Virus record (IMG/VR): IMGVR_UViG_3300020161_002551
Span: 1-31,108 of that record
From: a virus
Lineage: Duplodnaviria; Caudoviricetes
Reading direction: 5' to 3' (one strand)
DNA length: 31,108 nt
Position 1 is the stretch's first letter. The number at the start of each line of letters is the position of its first letter. A model generated the notes under the pieces. That model ran no database searches. It was given only the letters and a program-made list of their open reading frames with translations, and had not been told where the DNA came from. Positions 8,370 to 15,291 of this stretch are shown here, in pieces. The position numbers and the translations under genes were made by a program.

Positions 8370-8440
8370 GGCAGGGTTAGCGTGGCTTACTTTCGTCATC
8401 GAGCTTCGGGCTCTCTTCTTCGCTTGTGACCCTATCCTAG
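8370..8440 (-). ncRNA. Conserved inter-cassette element, copy 6
   Basis: Consensus match, with TGC-TAGGAT on the minus strand. Predicted +1 at 8427. Confidence 0.6.
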
Positions 8441-8558
8441 CAGACCGTGGCGCCGGATCCTAGGCTGATGGACAGTTTGACCACTGGCACAATTGGGGCT
8501 GGCAGGGTCGGGAATCTCGGTTATCTTTAGGGAGTCGAAAGGGACAGGAGCCCTGCTA

Positions 8559-8897
8559 ATGACCACCACCACTCAACGCCTTGAGGTTGTTTCCGCTCAG
8601 CTGAAAGCTTTGTTGCAGCAGGAAACTGCTCTGAAGCAGCAGATCGCCAACACTCGTCAGGAGCTGCTCAACACTGCTATTGCTTACAATAGCGACCACA
8701 AGACTATCACCACCGCCAGCGGCACAGTTACAATCGCTGAAGTTCATGCTAAGACCTACTCTAACAAGGTCGCAAAACTCAGCGATAAAGTGGAAGAATG
8801 GAAGGCAAAAGTTGCCGCACAAAAACTCATCGAGGATCGTCTCGGTACGGTTATTCTTTCTGATCCCACTCTTCAGCTTCGATTCAAGGCAATCTGA
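8559..8897 (+). CDS. Coiled-coil hypothetical protein (start reassigned to ATG 8559)
   Basis: MTTTTQRLEVV..., downstream of -10 TATCTT. Confidence 0.7.
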   Translation: MTTTTQRLEVVSAQLKALLQQETALKQQIANTRQELLNTAIAYNSDHKTITTASGTVTIAEVHAKTYSNKVAKLSDKVEEWKAKVAAQKLIEDRLGTVILSDPTLQLRFKAI

Positions 8898-8955
8898 TAC
8901 TTTCGGGGGGAGTTATACTCTCCCTTTTTTCTTAATCTTTATACTTTAGTATCAA

Positions 8956-9026
8956 GGCAGGGTTAGCGTGGCTTACTTTCGTCGTCAGCCTTCGGGGCCT
9001 CTTCTTCGCTTGTGACCCTATCCTAG
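8956..9026 (-). ncRNA. Conserved inter-cassette element, copy 7
   Basis: Consensus match (GCC/GGC variant). Confidence 0.6.
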
Positions 9027-9146
9027 CAGACCATGGCGCCGGATCGTGGCTCCGTCACAAAACTTTATGTGTTGGTTTGTGAACCGGATCGTTGGTTCTG
9101 GGCAGGCGCCATGGTAGGATTCTGGAGTCGTCAGGGATTCCCCGCC

Positions 9147-9317
9147 ATGCCATTCTCCTTCGTTCCTTGCTCAGACATCGAAACCGGCAACGATTGCTGG
9201 GCATTAAATGACTTCGAGAATCGCCGGATTCATGTACTCGAATCCTGGCAGATTCAGTCATTCATGGACAAAAGGTATGGGATAGTTCATGAGAATAAGT
9301 ATAAACTTATGGATTGA
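9147..9317 (+). CDS. 56-aa hypothetical protein (start reassigned)
   Basis: ATG follows the shared leader. Extended -10 TGGTAGGAT upstream. Confidence 0.65.
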   Translation: MPFSFVPCSDIETGNDCWALNDFENRRIHVLESWQIQSFMDKRYGIVHENKYKLMD

Positions 9318-9427
9318 TGAGCTTCTAGGGGCCTGGGTATCCTAGGCTCCTTTTGCAAGCCAGAATGAGGAAAAAAGTATTTTTCTCATTCAACGTTTAA
9401 TCTTTCGTCCTTTTGTTATTCTTTCTC

Positions 9428-9685
9428 ATGTCGAACGATCAGTTCATTCAGTCTGCCATAATTCTTGGGGAATACTCTCTCATTTCTGAGTGGGACATGG
9501 TACAGGAAGACTATACTTCCATGACAGAAGATGCCTTTCTGGATTGGATCAAAACTTATCAATACTATCACGCATTGGTATGTTCGACTAAAGGCAATCC
9601 TAATGAGATCGCCTACCAGTTGCAGGCAGACTATAAAGAGTTAAATGAGCAGATTGCCTTGGACCATGAAGATAATGAAGATTGA
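9428..9685 (+). CDS. Acidic hypothetical protein
   Basis: MSNDQFIQ..., followed by a terminator at ~9708-9744. Confidence 0.7.
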   Translation: MSNDQFIQSAIILGEYSLISEWDMVQEDYTSMTEDAFLDWIKTYQYYHALVCSTKGNPNEIAYQLQADYKELNEQIALDHEDNED

Positions 9686-9774
9686 CCGCATTTAATACAA
9701 CAATACGTGAGAGAGATTAACTATAACAATCTCTCTCATTTTTTCTTTATACTTTTTTCGGGGTAGTATTTTAT

Positions 9775-9846
9775 GGCAGGGTTAGCGTGGCTTACTTGTC
9801 GTCGTCGAGCTTCGGGCTCTCTTCTTCGCTTGTGACCTTATCCTAG
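9775..9846 (-). ncRNA. Conserved inter-cassette element, copy 8
   Basis: Consensus match. Confidence 0.6.
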
Positions 9847-10007
9847 CAGCACCAGAGCCAGACCGTGAGACCGTGACGGGCAATCGTAACAGAGCTTCAC
9901 AATGGCCAGGCTTCGCAGGCTTTAGGTTTTATTCCGTTTTCGGTGGCTGTTCTGGCTTGTCGTGCTGCTACCATTAGGGAGTCGTCAGGGATCGCTTCCC
10001 TCCTACC

Positions 10008-10238
10008 ATGACCTTCTCTCCTGATTCCGCAGCCACTAGCAGCCCGACTCCTACGGATTATGTGGAAGCTCTCCGCATCTTTTATGATCCCAATTCAGGA
10101 ACGGTGCCATTCTGGATCGCCAGATCATGCGCCGAACTGATTGGTTTGTCTGCCCAATTTTCCGAAGATTATGGACATCTCGAAGGAGAAAAACTTGACC
10201 TTGGTGAGTTTAATGTTTGGGCGATTGAGCTGATGTGA
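10008..10238 (+). CDS. Hypothetical protein
   Basis: Shared leader upstream and terminator at ~10252-10275. Confidence 0.7.
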   Translation: MTFSPDSAATSSPTPTDYVEALRIFYDPNSGTVPFWIARSCAELIGLSAQFSEDYGHLEGEKLDLGEFNVWAIELM

Positions 10239-10302
10239 GTTATACTCAACCGGGGGCAACTTTGCCCCTTTTTTTATACTTTTGGGGAGGGTAGTATTTT
10301 AT

Positions 10303-10374
10303 GGCAGGGTTAGCGTGGCTTACTTGTCGTCGTCAGCCTTCGGGGCCTCTTCTTCGCTTGTGATCCTATCCTAG
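10303..10374 (-). ncRNA. Conserved inter-cassette element, copy 9
   Basis: Consensus match (GCC/GGC variant). Confidence 0.6.
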
Positions 10375-10497
10375 CAGGTCATGGCGCTGGATCCGGTCGC
10401 TGTTACAACACTTAACATTCCGTTTTGGTATCAACCGATACAGACTGTAGAACCGGGTTCGTTTATCTTTAAGGAGTCGTCAGGGATTCCTCCCGCC

Positions 10498-10767
10498 ATG
10501 CAGATCATTCGATACTGTGCCGAGAATGACTACAATGGAAACCCTCAAAGGGTTTATGTCATGCTCGATGAAGATTCTAACCAGATTGCACAATGGGATG
10601 AAGGTTATTATGGTTTTCACGCTGTACCTGGACCCTGGCGTGATGATGCCTATAGGGCAGAAAGAATCAGTGTTTCGGTGAAAAAATACAAGCGTATTCT
10701 GCGCCAGATTCCTACTTTCCAGTGGGCGCATGATGTCCCAGGTTATTCTCATCTGCGCCAACCATAA
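10498..10767 (+). CDS. Hypothetical protein (start reassigned to ATG 10498)
   Basis: ATG follows the shared leader. Confidence 0.75.
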   Translation: MQIIRYCAENDYNGNPQRVYVMLDEDSNQIAQWDEGYYGFHAVPGPWRDDAYRAERISVSVKKYKRILRQIPTFQWAHDVPGYSHLRQP

Positions 10768-10832
10768 GACAACAATGGGGGAGCAATCCTCCCCCTATTC
10801 TTTCACCTTTCCCCCCCAACCATAAGACAACA

Positions 10833-11015
10833 ATGGAAGACGCAATCCTGACCGCATTGTTCAACCTTTCCCGACTGAATAACAAGTGCTATGAGCATTG
10901 GATCATTCAACTTTATGAGTTCAATGGTGAGAAAATCCATGAAGAATGGAATTCACAAACTCTTAAATTGATGGAAAATGACGTGATGGCTATGTCTATT
11001 CTTCACACAATCTGA
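10833..11015 (+). CDS. 60-aa hypothetical protein
   Basis: ORF directly before a terminator. Confidence 0.6.
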   Translation: MEDAILTALFNLSRLNNKCYEHWIIQLYEFNGEKIHEEWNSQTLKLMENDVMAMSILHTI

Positions 11016-11077
11016 AAGTATAAAGAATGAACCAAAAGTTCATTCTTTTTTTTCTATTCTTTATACTTTAGTATCAA

Positions 11078-11149
11078 GGCAGGGTTAGCGTGGCTTACTT
11101 GTCGTCATCGAGCTTCGGGCTCTCTTCTTCTCTTGTTCCCATAGTCTAC
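11078..11149 (-). ncRNA. Conserved inter-cassette element, copy 10
   Basis: Consensus match. Confidence 0.6.
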
Positions 11150-11283
11150 AGCATCATGGCGCCTGCTGCGGTCGCTGTTACAACACTTAACATTCCAGCG
11201 GGTTTCGGATTCTGTATCAAACGATACAGACTGGAGCATCGGTTCCGACTACCTTTAGGGAGTCGTCAGGGATTCCTCCCGTC

Positions 11284-11823
11284 ATGTCTCAGACTCTCAC
11301 CGGCTCCGCTCTCCTGGCTCTCCATCGTGCAGTCACCAACGCCGGACTGACCAAAGGTCCGGCTGTGATTCAGGCAGGTTACGTTCGTGATAACGAGCGC
11401 CCAAATTTTTGTGATTATTATACAAATGTCATGATCGCAATGGTGCAGGAAGAGTATAAGAATCGCACGAAAAAAACAATCGTGAATCAGTTATTGGATG
11501 CAATTCAGTATAAAATGCCTTTCAATAAAGGCAAGCTGAATGTCTACGTTCAGACTGAGAATACGTACATTGTCGGCAATAAAGTTGTGGTCTATTATGA
11601 TGGTCAGCCGATTGCTGTCATTCGGGACAATGATTCGTTTCCTAATAACATGAGCCTAGGGCATCATGATAACAAAAACCAGGCAATCAAGACCTACCTT
11701 AATGCAATCGCACGTTACTTTGCGGGAGGAAAGGTAACCGAACGCAACGGAGTTTGGTGGATTGGTACAGGCGCCAGTGAGGAAGTATTCACGGGAGATT
11801 GGCATTATCTGACCAAGATTTGA
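11284..11823 (+). CDS. Hypothetical fusion: cyanobacterial AbrB-like N-terminal segment plus paralogue of 7995..8309
   Basis: LTGSALL...AGYV...ERPNF resembles the AbrB-like N-terminus. The C-terminal part aligns by eye with the 7995 protein. Confidence 0.6.
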   Translation: MSQTLTGSALLALHRAVTNAGLTKGPAVIQAGYVRDNERPNFCDYYTNVMIAMVQEEYKNRTKKTIVNQLLDAIQYKMPFNKGKLNVYVQTENTYIVGNKVVVYYDGQPIAVIRDNDSFPNNMSLGHHDNKNQAIKTYLNAIARYFAGGKVTERNGVWWIGTGASEEVFTGDWHYLTKI

Positions 11824-11895
11824 TCCCAGTTTGTATCATCGGGGGAAGGCAAGTCCTTCCCTTTCTTTATACTTTTGGGGAGGGTAGTATTTTAT

Positions 11896-11967
11896 GGCAG
11901 GGTTAGCGTGGCTTACTTGTCGTCATCGGGCTTCGTGCCCTCGTCTTCGCTTGTCCCCATAGTCTAG
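11896..11967 (-). ncRNA. Conserved inter-cassette element, copy 11 (GGGC/GCCC compensatory variant)
   Basis: Consensus match with a double change that keeps the stem paired. Confidence 0.6.
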
Positions 11968-12122
11968 CAGCGCCAGGGCCAGACTGCGAGACCGTGACAG
12001 GCTTCCGTAACAGAGCTTCACAATGGCCAGGCTTCGCAGGCTTTAGGTTTTCTTCCGTTTTCGGTGGCTGTTCTGGCTTGTCGTGCTGCTACCATTAGGG
12101 AGTCGTCAGGGGATTCCCCGCC

Positions 12123-12425
12123 ATGCCTCGCACCATCACAAACAACGTTCCCCGTCCGCTCTACAGCACCTTTGAACTTACCAGTGCTGAGAGGGAGCAT
12201 CTTAAAAAGGAATTGAACTATCTCACACAGGAAGAGTTTGACTCTACTTCCGTCTTCAAGTACCGGGAGGAGTGGTACAGCATGGACCAATTCTGTCGCC
12301 TCGATGGTGACATGTTGCGCCAAGGATGGCAAGGTTATTTTGGCGAAACTGCATGGTCTTCGATTATCATTAAGATCGTCAACTCTCACACTGAGGTTGT
12401 AGTGGGCAGGCACATCTGCGACTGA
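12123..12425 (+). CDS. Phage hypothetical protein
   Basis: Shared leader upstream and terminator downstream. Confidence 0.75.
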   Translation: MPRTITNNVPRPLYSTFELTSAEREHLKKELNYLTQEEFDSTSVFKYREEWYSMDQFCRLDGDMLRQGWQGYFGETAWSSIIIKIVNSHTEVVVGRHICD

Positions 12426-12486
12426 TACTATAAAGTACACACCAAAAGTGTGTACTTTTTCTTTATTCTTTATACTTTAGCATCAA

Positions 12487-12558
12487 GGCAGGGTTAGCGT
12501 GGCTTACTTGTCGTCGTCGAGCTTCGGGCTCTCTTCTTCGCTTGTGACCCTATCCTAG
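12487..12558 (-). ncRNA. Conserved inter-cassette element, copy 12
   Basis: Consensus match. Confidence 0.6.
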
Positions 12559-12700
12559 CAGACCGTGGCGCCGGATCCGGTCGCTGTTACAACACTTAAC
12601 ATTCCAGATCGCCGACACTTCTACCGATTTCCTTAAGGTTTTGACCGTCGGATCGGGCAGGCTGACCTGTAGGATAGATGGGTAGTCAGGGATTCCTCCC

Positions 12701-12901
12701 ATGTTCTTTGATCGTTTCGACATCGTTGAGGCACACTACGCCTTCTGCTCCGACGAACATGGCGGCATGGGATCGGAGCTGTATGGGCGCCTATGCAAAA
12801 TGCAACGCTATTTCAGGCCCGGTGCGGCATGGCGTGGTTATCATTCTCTCAGTGAGAATGGCCAGGTGATTTATGACAATCTTGTCAGCAAGTTTGCCTG
12901 A
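12701..12901 (+). CDS. Phage hypothetical protein (FDRFDI.EA.Y type)
   Basis: Leader variant GTCAGGGATTCCTCCCATG and -10 TAGGAT upstream. Confidence 0.7.
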   Translation: MFFDRFDIVEAHYAFCSDEHGGMGSELYGRLCKMQRYFRPGAAWRGYHSLSENGQVIYDNLVSKFA

Positions 12902-12962
12902 CAGTATAGTTTGGGGAGGCAAGTCCTCCCTCATTCTTTGCACTTTCCCTGAGAATCTCACC

Positions 12963-13205
12963 ATGCGCCTTATCAATCTCACCATCACTTCTAATGAGAT
13001 TCAGTTAGCTGACGGGACCGAAATCCTGTTTAGTTATGGTGCCCCAGTGGCTGCCAGAATCCCTGGGATGGGTTTTGTTAGGACTGACAAGTTCTACAGT
13101 AAAACTACAATTAAGCACATCGATCTGTGGTTAAATGATAAGATCGGGAAGGACATTGTTCCGGCGGTTGATCAATGGGAGCTTGACAAGTTAGTCGCAT
13201 TTTGA
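12963..13205 (+). CDS. Phage hypothetical protein (LFSY..PVAA...YSKTT.KHI type; start reassigned)
   Basis: ATG 12963 follows a hairpin. Motif pattern is common in cyanophage early proteins. Confidence 0.75.
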   Translation: MRLINLTITSNEIQLADGTEILFSYGAPVAARIPGMGFVRTDKFYSKTTIKHIDLWLNDKIGKDIVPAVDQWELDKLVAF

Positions 13206-13338
13206 TCACTTATGGGGCAGCAAGTCTGCCCCTAACAGTATAAAAAACAGTGTTTTTCCCGATGTAACGATCTAAGCCCGGCGCCTAGCGCCTAAAAAAG
13301 AAAGGTACCATATAAGCTATAAAAGTAAATATCGACCT

Positions 13339-13416
13339 CATAAAATCCCGCCCATAAAAAATTTCCCCCACCCCCCAAAAAAAAAAATCCCCCCATAAAA
13401 AATTTCCCCATAAATA
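13339..13416. repeat. C-tract/A-tract block with CCCATAAAAAATTTCCCC x2, ending in late promoter CATAAATA
   Basis: Directly visible. Marks the boundary between the cassette array and the late genes. Confidence 0.75.
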
Positions 13417-13444
13417 CCTGCATATATCACATTATTACTGAAGT

Positions 13445-13624
13445 ATGGACAAGATATATCACATTTATATCAAAGGGGAATGTAAATATCATAGTTTATC
13501 AGAAGAAGAATTTAATGCAATTTGGAATTATTTGGATAAACTCTGTTGGGTATCAGAGATTGACAGAGAGGACATTGAATATGAGGAGCTGGACTCACCC
13601 CTCATAAATAGTATCGAGCATTGA
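13445..13624 (+). CDS. 59-aa cyanophage hypothetical protein (not in ORF track)
   Basis: MDKIYHIYIKGECKYHSLSEEEF..., downstream of a late promoter. Confidence 0.75.
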   Translation: MDKIYHIYIKGECKYHSLSEEEFNAIWNYLDKLCWVSEIDREDIEYEELDSPLINSIEH

Positions 13625-13657
13625 TGCTGACATTTTTACCTTATATTAAAGATTATC

Positions 13658-14452
13658 ATGGCAAAAGGATTTCAAGTTAAGACAAAAGAAGAACCAAAAC
13701 AGGAATGGGATTTTGATAAGATCAAACAAAGAATGAAAGGCAAAACAATTGCTATCTGCATTCCAGGTAGGCAATGTTCCTTTGTATTCATGAAGGCAAT
13801 GATCAGACTATGCTTTGATCTTGCAAATAACGGAACTGCATTTCATCTATTTCAAGAATACTCATCAATGGTTAATTTCGCCCGCTGTCGAGTATTGGGG
13901 GCAAATGTGCTGAATGGGCCAAATCAGAAGCCATGGAATGGTCAGATTGATTATGATTGGCAACTATGGATCGATAGTGACATTGTATTTGATTCTGATG
14001 CATTCTGGAAACTCTGTGATCTTGCATTCCCAGAAGATGCAATCTGCCCCGAGACAAATGAAATTGATGAATCAAAATTAAATCATGTATCATCCGGTTG
14101 GTATTGTACTGAGGATGGACATTCTGCTGCAGCAGCTCATTGGCTCGAAGAAGCAGATTTTCGTAAGAATGGAGGAATGATGAAGAATGAAACTGTAGAA
14201 TCCATGGCAAGGCGTAACAAACCATTCAAAGTTGATTATGTTGGATTCGGATGGGTCATGGTCAGAAAAGGTATTTTTGAATCATTGCCTTATCCATGGT
14301 TTGCACCTAAATTGCAGATTTTCGAAAACGGAGATGTGCAGGATATGTGCGGGGAGGATGTATCATTCTGTCTTGATGCCAAACAAAATGGATTTGAGGT
14401 CTGGTGCGATCCTCGTATTCGTGTAGGACATGAGAAGATGAGAGTAATCTGA
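13658..14452 (+). CDS. Conserved cyanomyovirus protein, GT-A/GT2-like glycosyltransferase fold
   Basis: WIDSD (DxD) motif, GFGW, GEDVSFC and VGH. MAKGF.VK start typical of T4-like cyanophages. Confidence 0.75.
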   Translation: MAKGFQVKTKEEPKQEWDFDKIKQRMKGKTIAICIPGRQCSFVFMKAMIRLCFDLANNGTAFHLFQEYSSMVNFARCRVLGANVLNGPNQKPWNGQIDYDWQLWIDSDIVFDSDAFWKLCDLAFPEDAICPETNEIDESKLNHVSSGWYCTEDGHSAAAAHWLEEADFRKNGGMMKNETVESMARRNKPFKVDYVGFGWVMVRKGIFESLPYPWFAPKLQIFENGDVQDMCGEDVSFCLDAKQNGFEVWCDPRIRVGHEKMRVI

Positions 14453-14595
14453 TGAATGTATTCTACAAAGGAAAAATGATTCATAAGAATCTATCCGAAG
14501 AAGAACTACTTGAGGTTTTATTAGATCTCGCAGAGAAGTCTTATGAGGGGAAAGTGAATAAAGATGACATTCAGATCAAGGAGACAGCTGAGTAA
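14452..14595 (+). CDS. 47-aa hypothetical protein (not in ORF track)
   Basis: MNVFYKGKMIHKNLSEEELLEVLLDLAEKSYEG..., with TGATG coupling. Confidence 0.7.
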   Translation: MNVFYKGKMIHKNLSEEELLEVLLDLAEKSYEGKVNKDDIQIKETAE

Positions 14596-14669
14596 CTGTC
14601 CACTGTTCTCTCCCGAACTTCTTTTTTTCTGCTATCATATTCATGTAAACAATTAGAGGCTTATGAAAA

Positions 14670-14822
14670 ATGGCTAAACTAGGAACTAAGAAAACAGCAA
14701 ACGGTGTGGTACGTCTGGATCCGAAGCCGAAGAATACTCGGCAGGGTCAGGGGCGCAACACGAAATATGCGGCAACAAGCCGCAACAGTGCCCGTAAGCC
14801 GTACCGTGGTCAAGGTAAATGA
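14670..14822 (+). CDS. 50-aa basic protein ending KPYRGQGK (not in ORF track)
   Basis: MAKLGTKK...PKNTRQGQGRNTKY...YRGQGK, a pattern recalled from T4-like cyanophages. Confidence 0.75.
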   Translation: MAKLGTKKTANGVVRLDPKPKNTRQGQGRNTKYAATSRNSARKPYRGQGK

Positions 14823-14828
14823 TTAAAT

Positions 14829-14856
14829 AGGAGTATCATTAGATACTCCTTTTTTT
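14829..14856 (+). terminator. Rho-independent terminator
   Basis: AGGAGTATC-ATTA-GATACTCCT plus a T run. Confidence 0.75.
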
Positions 14857-15291
14857 ATGTCTGCAGAAGAATATATTTTAGATTGGATTGATAAAGTCTC
14901 CGAGAATAAAGAAGAATTAGGCGGATTTCCGATTTGTCCTTATGCTCGATCAGCCGTTTATAAAGTTATTACTTGTGAAGTAGAAGAAATCAGCCCAGAG
15001 TCGCTAACTGATTATGATGTGGTCATATATGTCATTGACGAAGAAATGACGGTCAAGGAAATCAAGACCTGGGTTAAGTTTTATAACTTAATGTATTCTG
15101 ATTGGTGTTTCTTTTCAGATTCAAAGAATGAACTTACTGAATTAAATGGAGTTCGGACAAATAACGAAAGATACAATTTAATCATTACTCAACCAAAGAA
15201 GAAGCTAGAGCAAGTCAGAGAACAATTAAAAAAGACCAGTTACTATTCGTACTGGCCCGTTAATTATTATAATGAGATTGTTGGTGATTAA
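14857..15291 (+). CDS. Hypothetical protein with CPYA motif
   Basis: 144-aa ORF containing WI...LGGFPICPYA. Confidence 0.75.
   Translation: MSAEEYILDWIDKVSENKEELGGFPICPYARSAVYKVITCEVEEISPESLTDYDVVIYVIDEEMTVKEIKTWVKFYNLMYSDWCFFSDSKNELTELNGVRTNNERYNLIITQPKKKLEQVREQLKKTSYYSYWPVNYYNEIVGD

Noticed and set aside
7794-11350. Track ORFs starting inside the repeat or promoter modules (7794, 8493, 9033, 10381, 11090)
   Set aside because: They run through non-coding elements. Better starts follow the shared leader, and 11090..11350 is probably spurious.
2288-12558. CRISPR array
   Set aside because: The repeats are ~72 bp and are separated by 0.5-2.1 kb containing whole genes. There are no cas genes in the window.
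2288-12558. Canonical integron attC sites
   Set aside because: GTTAGCG resembles a core site, but there is no paired RYYYAAC inverse core or long imperfect palindrome, and no integrase in the window.
9886-12603. NtcA or CRP sites in cassette promoters
   Set aside because: The motifs do not fit GTA-N8-TAC or TGTGA-N6-TCACA. A direct-repeat HLR1-like reading fits better.
58-14484. Antisense and alternative-frame ORFs overlapping plus-strand genes (e.g. 717-1091, 2305-2703, 3926-4483, 5970-6596, 12018-12440, 13872-14225)
   Set aside because: Shadow ORFs with no recognisable motifs, lying opposite better-supported genes.
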